A stretch of 64,000 nucleotides of DNA from contig OX597817.1 in NCBI GenBank assembly GCA_951406725.2, positions 89,342,001 to 89,406,000 of the forward strand. The letters are read 5' to 3'. This document shows, piece after piece, positions 1 to 12,568 of this stretch. The stretch's first letter is position 1. Every line of letters starts with the position of its first letter. This DNA is from Octopus vulgaris. Lineage: Eukaryota. The notes beneath the pieces were generated by a model. It had not been told where the DNA came from, did no database searches, and worked only from the letters and a program-made list of their open reading frames with translations. The translations under genes and the position numbers were made by a program.

Positions 1-185
1 GAGAGAACAGGGAGGGGGAGAAAAGGAGAAAGAGAAAAAATTTGACAGCAGTAAGAAAACAAACGAAATGTTTGTGTGTGCGTATGTGCATGCGTGCTTA
101 TTTGTATGTGTGTTTATGCATGTATATGAGTGTCTGTGTGAACGTGCATGCGGAGGTGTGTATGTGTGCCTCTGTGTATGTGTGC

Positions 186-188
<3 letters not shown>

Positions 189-244
<56 letters not shown>

Positions 245-344
245 TCGAAATGAAGAAATGTGTTTTAGTGCAAATGTGTGTCTGCACGGCAAGTGTTTCA
301 ACAATATTGAAATTCAAACAAATGTACTCATACATCTCTGTCTG

Positions 345-419
<75 letters not shown>

Positions 420-532
420 GTCTATTTATCTATCTATCTGTCTGTCTATCTCGCGCGCGCGTGTGTTTATATACATATATGTATATCTTTATATTTATAA
501 ATGCACACATGCATATATATACACACACACAC

Positions 533-568
<36 letters not shown>
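189..568. repeat. Microsatellite block: (TG)n 189-241, (TCTA)n ~341-450, (TA)n ~536-568
   Basis: Directly visible simple repeats; they account for the CVCV, YLSI and IYIY ORFs. Confidence 0.97.
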
Positions 569-569
<1 letters not shown>

Positions 570-754
570 CGGGAAGCTTTATGAAAATAAACAAAAGACG
601 AAGGCAGGTGGAGTACAAACAAACAATTGTATTAGTATGGCGCTCAGGAATATAAATAAAACAAGTCTTTTACGTTTCGAGCCTACGCTCTTCAACAGAA
701 AGATACACAGAAAAGAAACACGGAGAGAAACAAGGAGAGAAAAAAAAATGCGTG
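569..754 (-). mobile_element. Short non-coding interspersed repeat (family H1) carrying a hammerhead-like motif; probably PLE-derived
   Basis: Close reverse-complement copy at 45105-45276 and diverged copy at ~56881-56992; the two full copies abut (TA)n at the same end. Confidence 0.75.
666..703 (-). ncRNA. Minimal type-I hammerhead-like ribozyme, variant core CUGUUGA
   Basis: Minus strand reads UCUUU-CUGUUGA-A-GAGC-GUAG-GCUC-GAA-ACGU-A-AAAGA: stem I UCUUU/AAAGA, stem II GAGC/GCUC, palindromic stem III ACGU, UA cleavage site. Confidence 0.65.
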
Positions 755-819
755 CAAACATATGTATATATCCATACATATATGTACATATATCTGCATC
801 TATATGTATTTATACATGA

Positions 820-1165
820 CATGCATATATGGGTACAGGACACACACAAAAAAAAATGTTGAACACAATGAGAAACGGACTTTTTTCAAACAACATAAAA
901 CAGAGTACAAGACATACAACACAAGGAATATTCTCTTCTTCAGTTGTCCCTGTTTTGGCTACTCCGCGTTTTCGAAGGTAAGGACACGACGCGACTTCGT
1001 TGAAACAGTCCTTTCCGCAAAGCAAATTAAATAAAATTTGGGATTTTTTGCGGAAGGGTAAAAGTAGTAACAAGAAGAGGACAGTAAAAACAAAACAAGA
1101 CAGTAAAACCAATACAAATAAAAACAGTAAAAGGCAGGACAAGGAGAATAACACAGTAAAAACAA
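820..1165 (-). repeat. Interspersed repeat family P1 (homologue at ~23380-23745 on +)
   Basis: Shared blocks CCTTCGAAA(A)CG..GAGTAG, ACTGAAGAAG, TTTCTCATTGTGTTC, GTCCTGTAC..ATATATGC. Confidence 0.7.
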
Positions 1166-1363
1166 AAGATGATGGGGGTTAAGCCGAGACGATGGAAAAA
1201 TTATTTTGAACGCATTGAGAAGACTGTGTTGACTCGTTGAATGTAGCAGTCGGAATATATATGTATATATATATATGTATAACAATTGCAGCGTAGAAGG
1301 TGTTTGTAAGCTATTTAAGAAACACACAAAAGCCGTTCGATTCACTTCAACATTTAAGTTTAA

Positions 1364-1413
1364 TTTGTCAAAATATTTTCGTCGCTAAAATCCGCGACCT
1401 GTTCGCTGACAAA
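1364..1413 (-). ncRNA. Minimal type-I hammerhead-like ribozyme with swapped G3-C8 core
   Basis: Minus strand UUUGUCA-GCGAACA-G-GUCGC-(8 nt)-GCGAC-GAA-AAUAUU-U-UGACAAA: 7-bp stem I, 5-bp stem II, palindromic stem III; within a ~140-bp cassette flanked by (TA)n. Confidence 0.6.
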
Positions 1414-1421
1414 AATCCGTG

Positions 1422-1455
<34 letters not shown>

Positions 1456-1610
1456 TATCGTTTAGACAGGGAGAGAGATGCATGTGATTGTAAGTATATA
1501 CATACTCGCACACACGTTAGTATATAATACGAGAGAGTGCTGAAAGTCCTTGGCTTTTAGGGTATTGTGAAAGCCTGGTTAGAGGCTCAACCTTCCGAAT
1601 TCTTTTGCAA

Positions 1611-1676
<66 letters not shown>

Positions 1677-2033
1677 GGATAGATAGACCGACAAGCAGTC
1701 AAACAAAGAGACAGCAGACTGACAAATAGATGGATCACGTGAACCAGTTCAACGTGTGCATGATCGGACGATTAAACCGGTGACATCACCACCAAGCTTC
1801 CTTAGTATGGAGTATGATTTGGGTACAAAGTGCATTCTACTGGCCAGCTGTTGCACCGACTGTAAAATTCTGTATATCTTAATCCATCCTTATCTACTCT
1901 CTATACTACAGCAGACTGGGAGAGGTCTACAAATAACTGCAAAAGCTCGCACCACTTAATCGTTTCCAGGCGGTCTTATGAAATAACACCAGGAAGTAAA
2001 AAGTATACTCTTTCGATTGCTGTTCGGCTTACG

Positions 2034-2393
<360 letters not shown>

Positions 2394-2524
2394 GTGATAG
2401 GTATTATTTCATGTTGCTCAGTGAAATGTTGGAACGTTGCTTGACAGGAAACTCGATTCAAACGGACAGGTGAAGTATGTTCGTGGCTTTGAATTTGAAT
2501 AGATAAAATATTCTTTTCTACTCT

Positions 2525-2910
2525 TGGCACACAGCTCGAAATTTTGGGGGATGGGAGGCCAGTCGATTAGACCGACCCCGGTACACAAGAAGTATATAAT
2601 TTATCGACCTCGAAGGGATGAAAGGCAAAGTCGAGCTCGGCGGAATTTGAACTCAGAACGTAAGTACAGACGAAATACCTATTTCTTTACTACCCATAAG
2701 GGGCTAAACACAGAGAGGACAAATAAGGACAGAAAAACGGATTAAGTCGATTATATCGACCCCAGTGCATAACTGGTACTTAATTTATCGACCCCGAAAG
2801 GATGAAAGGCATAGTCGACCTCGGCAGAATTTGAACTCAGAGCGTAACGGCAGACGAAATACGGCTACACATTTCGCCCGGTGTGCTAACGTTTTTGCCA
2901 GCTCGCCGCT
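2525..2910 (-). mobile_element. Two adjacent SINE family B copies (tRNA-like head, central GCCTTTCATCCTTTCGGGGTCGATAAA domain)
   Basis: A-box-like AGCTGGCA and B-box GAGTTCAAATT on minus strand; central domain resembles the MetaSINE domain as recalled; many copies in window. Confidence 0.85.
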
Positions 2911-3027
2911 TTTGAAGAGATACAATGTTGATATAGCTAGTCTTCTGACAGTATCGTGAATATGGAGTTTACATTCATTTGAATTGGGGAGACCTGCAAA
3001 GCAGTGTCATATATCCGAGATTGACTT

Positions 3028-3419
3028 CTTTTATTTTTAACTTGCTTCAATGATTGGATTGCGGCCATGCTGGAGAACCGACATGAAGAATTTGTTTTGG
3101 TCGAATGAAACGCCAGTACTTATTTCTTTTGTTTTAAGCTTGGTACTTACTCTATTGGTCTCTTTGGCCGAACCGCTAGGTTATGGTGACATAAACACAC
3201 CAACCGGTTGTCAAGTGGTGCGGGGGGGGGGGGGGGGGCAAGCACCCCCCCCCCCACACACACACATGACTGGTTTCTTCTCAATTTCCGCCTATCAAAT
3301 CATAAGGCATTGGTTAGCCCGAGTTGAAGACACTTGCCCAAGGTGCCACGAAATGGGACTGAACCCGGAGTCATGCGATTGGGACACAAACTTTTTACCA
3401 TACAGCTACACCTGTGCCT
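3028..3419 (-). mobile_element. SINE family A, diverged
   Basis: Collinear with 3578-3974. Confidence 0.8.
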
Positions 3420-3577
3420 AAAAAACATAAATGCATTTATAATAAGACACTTGGTACAGCACAGCTGTAGAGCATAATCATAAAATAATAACTTGTTGTA
3501 TTATGGCCAAATTAACCCAGAACCACCCACTGTTAGTAACTGAATTATGGGTTTGAAAGTTAATGTGGGAATGATAT

Positions 3578-3974
3578 ACTCTTTTACTCTTTTACTTGTT
3601 TCAGTCATTTGAATGCGGCCCTGCTGGAGCACCGCCTTTAGTCGAAGACATCGAGTCCAGGACTTATTCTTTGTAAGCCTAGTACTTGTTCTATCGGTCT
3701 CTTTTGCTGAACCGCTAAGTTACGGGGACGTAAACACACCAGCATCGGTTGTCAAGCGATGTTGGACACACACACACACAAACATATACACACGCATATA
3801 TATATATATACGACAGGCTTCTTTCAGTTTCCGTCTACCAGATCCACTCACAAGGCTTTGGTCGGCCCAAGGCTAAAATAAAAGACACTTGCCCAAGGTG
3901 CCACGCAGTTGGACTGAACCCGGAACTATGTGGTTGGTAAGCAAGCTACTTACCACAGAGCCACTCCTGCACCT
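3578..3974 (-). mobile_element. SINE family A, near full length
   Basis: Minus strand: A box TGGCTCTGTGG, B box GGTTCAGTCC, CORE-like CCTTGGGCAAGTGTCTT, internal microsatellite, simple-repeat tail. Confidence 0.9.
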
Positions 3975-5316
3975 ATACTATGCAAGTTAATCCGTGTATG
4001 CACTCCTACGAGGTTAACCTTGAAATGTAAAAGTGTTGTTTTACTAGAACAATGTTTCTCAACCATTTTTCATCTATGGATTGGATCGCTTTGATTACTA
4101 TTTTATTCTGGTGGACTTACAAAGCCATTCTTGCTTCACAGTTTTAGCAATACCATCGAGCTCATCAGAACTATTTTCGGGTTCTCAAGAATCGATCATA
4201 CTCTGTTGAATTCAGAGAACCAAGAGAAGAGTGTAACAGTACAACTAACAAGAGACTGATGCCATTAATGTTACTCATGAACCTTCACAAGTCAACATCT
4301 AGAGGAAACACATGAACCAAGACAGGATTCCAGAGGGCTGACGTTCTGGGAAGGTAGGGACGGGTGTTGTAACTAATGAAGGGGCATATGCGTTGGAAAT
4401 GAAAGGAATGATGGAAGGAGGAGAGATGAGTCGGTTGTTGTTAAGCAACAAAACGGATAAGGGTGATTAGGTGATGGTCTAGGGCTTAGGGGCGGCAGAC
4501 CCCAGACCTTGGGGAAAAAAAACTTTGGTCGTCTTGTTGTAGTCAAGAGCTCTTCGTTGATGCCCGACACCACTGGGAGGTGGCCCTCGAAGTCGCTGGA
4601 AATGGAGATTTCCAGGTCTAAATTCTTGAACGGCAGATGAGTTGGTTGGAAGTGGTGGACAAAATGTAACTGAACTGTCGATTGCAATAACTTGCTAGTC
4701 TTAAAGACGGATGAGGACTCTTCAGTCCCGTCTTCTTCGGATAGATGCTATGCTGCAAACTAGAGAACAAAAAAGAACATGCGTTTATGAGACACTTAAT
4801 ACAGCTGAAGAGCATGGCGAAGCTATTGCTAGAAGGAAATCGTCACAGGTTTTATATGCCGAAAGAATAGAGGATTTTCGGTTGTCAAGATAAATATTCT
4901 GCTTACAGCTATGGAGTGATAAACGTCAGTTATTGGAGTAGACTCCGATTAAAATGCGAGGATGCCTTTAAACGTGACATGAGGAAAGTGGATATGAATA
5001 CCGTATAGCTGAGGGTCAGAAATTGGCGAAGATCGATTGGACACATTGATCTCCGGTGAACTTCCGTAATAGTTAGAGAAAGATTCCTGGATATTATTTA
5101 TGTGAAACAATAGTAGTAAGTAACTACAGAGAGAGAGAGAGAGTGAGAGCGAGAGAGAGAGAGGGGGAGAGGGGGAGAGAAGGAGAGGAGAGAAAGAGAT
5201 GGGAGAGAGAGAGAATACCACAAGTGTATATTGTACCAAAAGAAATGTAGCCATTTTACAACACACATACACACATACATGTGTGTGTATGCATATATAT
5301 ATATATACACACACAT

Positions 5317-5407
<91 letters not shown>

Positions 5408-6809
5408 CGTGTATGTGAGAGAGAGAATTTGTGTGTGTGTATACAACATGCATATATACATATATACCTGCATAATTGACTATACTATTTGTCTCTGTTT
5501 CTCACTGTCTCCCTCCCTGTTTGTCTCAGTGCAGACACACTCCTGTCCCTCCCCACCTATAAACCCTCGTATGTATCTCTTTGCTGCCAAGTGCACAATG
5601 CATCCTGTGTGTTCAACTATCGCTCTGCAGTATTTGCTGCATGCACCAATGACGCATTCACTGCACACCTTGCACAATTTCTACTCCACATCCCAAACCT
5701 CACAAAGAGCTATTCAATTTTCCTTACTGTGACATCTTCCATCACCATTATAGCACCGTTACCACCAGCACCACTACCACAATCACAACTGCCACCACCA
5801 CCACCACCACCACCACCATCAATACTGTCGCCGCCGCCTCCGCGTTCAGCGCCGCCGCCACCATACGGTTACAATTCAAGATGACAACAAAATACACATA
5901 CATCATCACCACCAACATCCACACCGCAACCTCTGCCATCATCACAAACTTCAACTCACCTTCACCACCAAAATCACCCCACCACCACCACCACCACATC
6001 TACCACAACCACCATCATCACCTAAAACATCACTCCCGACCAGCACTACCAGCACCATCACTCCTACAACCAGCTACAATGGAAGTAAAGTCAATGACGC
6101 CGTTATCTGAACTCGGAACGTATTTACTGTTAAATATTTGGTTTATCTCTCAACTAACTCTAACAGTTACCACCCTGTAATGAATTAATTAGTTAATTGA
6201 TTAATTAATCAACTATCTAATTAATTAATAAAATGTATTTTTATTCAATGTCAGAGTAGTTCTAAATTTATAAATGTAGCTTAAATGTACAATAGAAATG
6301 GTTGTACATGCCGGGTTCGATAAAATAAGTACCAGTTCCGTACTGGGGTCGATCTAATCAACTGGCTCCCTCTCCATCAAAACGTTTCGGGCCTTGTGCC
6401 TAGAATAGAAAATAAAATAAATACCAGCTGAATACTAAGATCGATGTAATCGCCTTACACCCTCCCACGAAATTGCTGGCCTTGTGCCAAAATTTGAAAC
6501 CAGTGTATATAACTTTTGTTGCAGCAGAGGTGATGCAACTACCAACTCACCCCTGACTGAGCAGAGAGATCTATGACCCAATCTAATCGTCCCATCTTGT
6601 TTTTGAAGTATTATGAATTTGGGACACATACATTTCTTGTTCATTTTACTTTTTAAGTTCGTGGAAGTAATTTGAGGAGGATTTGGCTGCTATTTCTACA
6701 TTCACATACGGGATTGCAGTTTGGTTTGTGTAATTTACAGATTGTAAATGAAGTTAGTAAGAGTTGGTACTTCGATATTGTAACATTTCTATGTTCCAAG
6801 ATTATTGGT

Positions 6810-6910
6810 TGGAGGCACATGGCCTAGTGGTTAGAGCAGCGGACTCGGGATCGCGGGTTCGAATCTTAGACCAGGCGATGTGTGTGCTTGTGAGTGAAAC
6901 ACCTAAACTC
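6810..6910 (+). mobile_element. SINE family C head fragment
   Basis: TGGCCTAGTGG A box and GGTTCGAATC B box; matches the head of 8756-9129. Confidence 0.75.
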
Positions 6911-7409
6911 GAGAAGGAACAAACAACATAACAAGATTATTGCTTTAATAGAACACAAGTCCAATCGTTCTTTTTGCATATGGAAAAAGTCCACAAAATT
7001 TTGAAAAGCTGAATATCAGCATAAACAGGTTCCTGGTCAGTTAAATACGACATTTTTTATTTTATTACAAAACCACTTAACCGCACAAGAATGTATACCC
7101 TAATAGCTTTTTCTATACAAAAGACTCGAAGTATCATGTGATCCTCTTTTTACTTCTCTCTTTTTCACTTGTGTTACATTTATTAAACTTACCTTGTGAA
7201 TACGTACAATTTATTTTCAGTTAAACTATAATACGTAAACATTTATTCTATGATAACGTTTTTTATATCTTTATTTTCATACATATAGATAGATAGAATA
7301 AAACTATTTTCCCCCTATTTTAAAAAGTGAAACATGTTTTACTTTCATGAATTTGTGTTGCAAGAATCCTGATGTGAAACCGTGTGTTCAGACAGATATT
7401 GTTGTATTT

Positions 7410-7642
7410 CTATTTCTTTACTACCCACAAAGGGCTAAACATAGAGGAGACAAACAAGGACAGACAAACGGATTAAGTCGATTACATCAACCCCAGTGCG
7501 TAACTGGTACTTAATTTATCGACCCCGAAAGGATGAAAGGCAAAGTTGACCTCGGCGGAATTTGAACTCAGAACGTAACGGCAGACGAAATACGGCTACG
7601 CATTTCGCTCGGCGTGCTAACGTTTCTGCCAGCTCGCCGCCT
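7410..7642 (-). mobile_element. SINE family B, full length
   Basis: Near-identical to 2680-2910. Confidence 0.9.
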
Positions 7643-7747
7643 TGATATTGTATTTTATTATTTTATTATTTTTTTGCCAAATAACACACGCACAATATAT
7701 TCGTTCTTCACTCGTTTATTACTGTTCTTATTTTAACTCATGTCCAT

Positions 7748-7792
7748 TGTCCGGAAATCTTTCTTCACACATCTGTGACCTCTTCAGCGACA
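7748..7792 (-). ncRNA. Type-I hammerhead ribozyme (left arm)
   Basis: Minus strand UGUCG-CUGAAGA-G-GUCAC-AGAUGU-GUGAA-GAA-AGAUUU-C-CGGACA; one stem II mismatch. Confidence 0.65.
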
Positions 7793-7860
7793 GTGTCCTC
7801 CTCCGCTTTCACACATCTGTGACCTCTAAGCGTAGCAGGAGCACACACGAGGACGGAAAC

Positions 7861-7905
7861 TGTCGCTGAAGAGGTCACAGATGTGTGACGAAAGATTTCC
7901 GGTCA
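7861..7905 (+). ncRNA. Type-I hammerhead ribozyme, canonical core (right arm)
   Basis: UGUCG-CUGAAGA-G-GUCAC-AGAUGU-GUGAC-GAA-AGAUUU-C-CGGUCA: CUGANGA, 5-bp stem II, GAAA, UC site. Confidence 0.75.
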
Positions 7906-8129
7906 ATGTACTTGAGTTTAAACAAAAACAGTTATTAACTAGTGAAGAAGGAATATATAATACGTGTGTTTATTTGGCAAAAAAAAAAATGACCATTCTG
8001 AAATACAACAAAACATGCTTTAATGGCACAAAACAATATATATGTATATAAAACTTTGATGAATTTTCAACCAGATGTAGTTAAGTGTAGTTAGGCGTAC
8101 GACGGTGCTATCAAAATGAAAGCTAAAGA

Positions 8130-9304
8130 CACTTTGCGTGTGGCTAGGGGCATTGCCTACAATAAAAAAGATCTTGAATGGAATAGGCTTCTCTTTCCCG
8201 ACTGCTGGAACAAAATGGTTGAAAAATCAATCTTAAAAAATTACTGTAGTAATCCAAGCATTGGTGTTTGACATCCACATAATTGAGAGCAATCATTTAA
8301 GATGTTCTGAAGTGCTCTTGAATTTGCTGCATGATAAATTAAGGGGCCTTAAGCTGAATCTTAAACGTGTAGAACCGGTCAGGTATCCTTTTACAGAAAA
8401 GCCTGGTCTCATTTACATTGAAAATTTGCTGGAGAATAAAGCCGTTGTATTCCATAATCTTCGCCGACATTGCAGGCAACTCGGTCGCTGCTATTGCGCG
8501 CACTTTCGCCTTGGACCTTAACTTTATGAAGGTTGAGCAACTATTTGAATTGCATAAATCTTCTTTAACTGACCTTGAAATCCTCTGTTAGGTCATCAGA
8601 GTACTTTTCAAGATCATTGTTCAATGAAAACGTTTTCTCTTGGATTATCATTTATTTGGCTTACGGGGATACACAGATGAGTCTGCCATTCAAGCCAAAG
8701 GAAAAAAAGCTGTTTCATTTCTTCTATGATTTTACCTCTTCTTATGTGATCTTCTGGATGGAAGCACTCCGTCGGTTACGACGACGAGGGTTCCGGTTGA
8801 TCCGAATCAACGGAACAGCCTGCTCGTGAAATTAACGTGTAAGTGGCTGAGCATTCCACAGACACGTGTACCCTTAACGTAGTTCTCGGGGATATTCAGC
8901 GTGACACTGAGAGTGAAATACAGGTACAACAGAAACAGGAAGTAAGAGTGAGAGAAAGTTGTGGTGAAAGAGTACAGCAAGGATCACCACCATCCCCTGC
9001 CGGAGCCTCGTGGAGCTTTAGGTGTTTTCGCTCAATAAGCACTCACAACGCCCGGTCTGGGAATCGAAACCGCGATCCTATGACCGCGAGTCCGCTGCCC
9101 TAACCACTGGGCCATTGCGCCTCCACTGAGTGATCTTCTAAACCTGGAGCAGTGTTTTGGTTGTGAGTTATTCTTGTCATGAATAATATAAATACCATTG
9201 ACTGATTTAAGACAAAAACACGTGCTATCGCTGCCATCTTTTCACGCTTTTTTTTCAGAGCGTTTGATCCTCCATAGAAATAACATGGCGCTTAGGACCA
9301 CCAT
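8130..9304 (-). pseudogene. Decayed Tigger/pogo-family transposase, interrupted by a SINE
   Basis: Hand translation across stops and frameshifts: AAIARVFVLNQS (HTH), IIQEKTFSL, LHKVKVQGESA, QQIFNVNETRLFCKRIP, AWITTVIF*D*FFNHFVPAV..PFKIFFIVGNAPSH. Confidence 0.85.
8756..9129 (-). mobile_element. SINE family C, full length, with 10-bp TSD
   Basis: Minus strand A box TGGCCCAGTGG, B box GGTTTCGATTCC; TSD GTGATCTTCT at 8746-8755 and 9130-9139. Confidence 0.9.
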
Positions 9305-9667
9305 GAAAACATTTAACTGTAAGAGCTTTCTAATAAATGCATAGTAAACACAATACATGTTTGAATTTCCTGGCACGAATTCCAACGCTGCTTCACGGAG
9401 GAAACTGGAACTGTCGGTCCCGAAAGGCATACAGATAAGTGTAAACTATGTACATTTAAAAAAAATTTAGTTCCTTTTTATCAGTTTTAATAAATAATTT
9501 GCACATATTTTCGAAAGTATTTTATTTGATTTTCCACTTCAATATTGTTTTTCTATTCCATGCATTTAAATATGTTCGATAAGACCGGCGTATAAGCTGA
9601 AGCTGAAGTCTTATTTTTCTTATTAATTTATAAAAAGAAAGAAAAAAACGACGTTGACGTGAATCGC

Positions 9668-9724
<57 letters not shown>

Positions 9725-9828
9725 TCTCTCTCTCTCTCATCCCCTCTTTATCTATCTAAACCATATATACGTAATTTATTTTAGCTGTTCCAGTGGCCAG
9801 GGTTTCTAGTATCCAGCTTCTTCAGTTT

Positions 9829-9881
9829 GGGCTTGTCTGAAGAAGCAACTGCACGTCATGGAAACTCCAAAGTAACAGACC
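9829..9881 (+). ncRNA. Degenerate hammerhead-like motif
   Basis: GGCUUGU-CUGAAGA-(17 nt, weak stem II)-GAA-ACU-CCAA-AGU-A-ACAGACC; a second CUGAAGA..GAAAC diverges on minus at 9802-9825. Confidence 0.35.
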
Positions 9882-10123
9882 TCAAGACCGGCCCAAGTGA
9901 ACTATTTCACTCTACGTTTGCATTGAGTATTTTTCCAGATAATTATTTACAACATGTTTGAGCGCTTGTGCATTGGCTGCTTTGTGTATGTATGTATGTA
10001 TGTATGTATGTATGTATGTATGTATGCATGTATGCATGTATGCATGTATGCATGCATGTATGTATGCACGTGTATATATATATGTCTACATACATAATGC
10101 ATACAAACACGTATACATTTACG

Positions 10124-10155
<32 letters not shown>

Positions 10156-10744
10156 CATCCATCCATATTCATACATAGAAAGAAGCATTGCAATCTTCTC
10201 CATGCTGATGGAAATGTGTGCACATGCATGTGTGTATATTTGTGTGTGTATATGAAATATTAGTGTATAATTGTTTCCTGGAAAAATTGTTTATTTCTAA
10301 TCAAAGATATGAGCAGATGGTTTCCTTGGATCTTAATGGAATGTGAGGGTGGATAAGAGGTGGTGGTGATGGTGACTGGTTGGATATTGGTGATAATAGG
10401 TTATCATAGTAGCAGTAGTAGTTGTTGTTGTTGTTGAAGTAGTAGTGGTGGTGATAGTGGTTAGTTAGAAAATTAGTATTTGGTGCAATGTTGTTGGTGG
10501 GGTGGGTGTATGGGGATTTTGTGATGTTCAGTGCTGTGGTTGTTGTCATAAGTAGTTAGCCGTGTGGTTATGGTAGTGCTTAATAGTAGTGGTGGTGGTG
10601 GTGGTGGTAGCAGCAGCAGTAGTGGTAGTAGCAACTGTAGTTGTAACAGTAGTAGCAGTAGAAGTAGCAGCAGCAGTAGTAGTAGTAGCAGCAGCAGCAG
10701 TAGTAGTAGTAGTAGTAGTAGTTACTGGACAAGCAGTTTAGTGG

Positions 10745-10910
10745 AATTTCTTCCGACGCCTTACGTTCTGGTTTCAAATGCAGCCGAGGCTAACTTTGCC
10801 TCTTACTCTTATGGGGTTGAAATAGTAAAATACCAGTCAATTGCTGAGATCGATCCAATCGACTTACCTCTCCATCCCTCTAAAACTGCTGGCCTTGTAC
10901 CGAAATTTTA
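10745..10910 (+). mobile_element. SINE family B, diverged
   Basis: Matches family B body and GGCCTTGTGCCAAAATTT-type tail. Confidence 0.7.
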
Positions 10911-11269
10911 AATAATTACCCTGAGAAACACATAATTCGGTGTCCGAGACATTAGACTTGATTTTTTTTTTTGTCAAGGTAAATTTTGATCGCTGATTCT
11001 AAAATATTCTATCCGTTTTTGTCAGTGAGTTCTGTTTATTAAAATATGTTATATCTCCCATTGTTATGCATACAGCCAATTAGGCACAACGATTGATGAC
11101 TACAAATCATGATTGTAGTCTTTTGGATAACAAAAGAATATGTTTATTTATGATGAAATTACATACAAAGAATCAGATAATCGTGAAACAATCATAGGAA
11201 ATTATTATTGATACAATGTTCAATTACTCAAACGTCCCATCAAAGCAACTTTTCAGAGGCTTCCTGTGA

Positions 11270-12320
11270 TGAGCAACCACAGAACAATCCTATTCAATGA
11301 TCCAGCCGTAATCAACCATCATATGGGTATCCCAGTGGCCCCGGTATCTTCCTTCCATAGTTCTTAATTCTTGGTAGAATCGTTCTGCCTATCAATCAGT
11401 TGTCATGGGAAACAACCCCAGTGGCTTTGGAGGTAATACACTTTCGATACTCATATTACAGCCAAGTTGATGGAAAGAAGGGAGCATATTCTCCACTAGT
11501 TCAGAGTTGTTATCTGCTTTATGGCTCTCGAGAAAGTTTGTTATAGTCAAGGCGAGCGAAGACTATGCATCTGCCTCAGTATTGTTCATTAAATCTTGGA
11601 AATATGGGTCTTTCATGAGTTCCCTGATTTGTGGCCCGTCGAAAATATTTGCCTTCCGCTTCAAACTCAGTGCTGGAAATTTTCTGCATATGTAATTAAA
11701 GCAATCCCCTGCTTCGTTTAAAGTTTCACAAACTGTTTCATTAAACGTGGTTTGGTGTGAAATGGTGGTAAAATCATCTTATTCCACTCTACCAAGGGTT
11801 CTGCTATTACATTCTTTTCTCCAAAGACTATGTTGTTGTTTTTTTACTTCAGAAGCTCTCTCTCCTAGTGTCGTTATTAGATCTACTATCCTAGAAACAG
11901 ATAAAAAGACGGATACTTGGTGGATCCTTTCTTCTGAATATTCACCATCTTTAAGATCCACACAGATTAGGCATTGGTGATCGTGGTTTGACATTTTCTC
12001 TAAGACCTGGGTGATTGTTTCCTTCTGTTTAGTCATCTTGAATAATCAATTGACATTGGTCCACATTTGTTTCTATTGTGTAGAACCTCACATTTTAAGT
12101 TCCGCTTGGAACTGTCTCTATATAACAGCCATTCACTTGGTACATATTTTGATATAACCTCTTTCATCAAACAAAGTTTGAGCATCATTGCAACAAAAGA
12201 AATCATTTACCGCCGAGAAGAGCAGTAAGTCTATTTCACTATTGCAACAGCGGCACATCGATAGGGGCAGTCTCTCAAAAGCTAGAGCTGGTAGAAACAA
12301 AGAAGGCCATACTTTTATTC
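11270..12320 (-). pseudogene. Decayed DNA transposase, Chapaev3-like (CMC)
   Basis: Hand translation: LICVDLK, LPPFHTKPRLMKQFVK, CFNYICRKFPALS..IFDGPQIREL, LGCNMSI, ERFYQELRTMEGRYRGHWDTHMMVDYGW (cf. LPPLHIKLGLMKQFVK and ERFHQDI..MMADYCW). Superfamily name from memory. Confidence 0.75.
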
Positions 12321-12568
12321 ATACTTAAGATCGGGTCTAAAATCTGATTCACCAAAAATATTTTGTAATTTGCTTCCTAGTTTGTTGTTTCTGTTATTGT
12401 TGTTATTATTTTAAACACTGGGGTTGATGTAATCGAATTACACTCCCCCAAAATTGCTGTGCGCAAAATTTGAAACCCCCCGCCCCCGCCTCCCCTCCTC
12501 TCCCCCTGCTCATCCCCTCCCCTCCCTCTCCTCCTCCTCCTCCTCATCATCATCATCATCATCATCAT

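Larger units (their letters stand above)
7669..7989. repeat. ~125-bp-arm inverted repeat (7669-7794 / 7859-7989) with a hammerhead in each arm
   Basis: Arms align with about 15 differences by eye; spacer holds a third partial copy (TTCACACATCTGTGACCTCT). Confidence 0.9.

Noticed and set aside
4135-4172. Minus-strand CTGATGA-GC..GC-TAAAAC
   Set aside because: G12 is missing and there is no credible stem I or III.
4801-4828. CTGAAGA-GC-ATG-GC-GAAGCTA hammerhead-like string
   Set aside because: Lacks one A of GAAA, stems are only 2-3 bp, single copy; compatible with chance.
5700-6070. Pro/His/Thr-rich ORFs
   Set aside because: Degenerate (CAC/ACC)n microsatellite; no splice or homology evidence.
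9050-9126. tRNA gene-like sequence
   Set aside because: It is the head of a SINE with body, tail and TSD; the same holds for other A/B-box hits.
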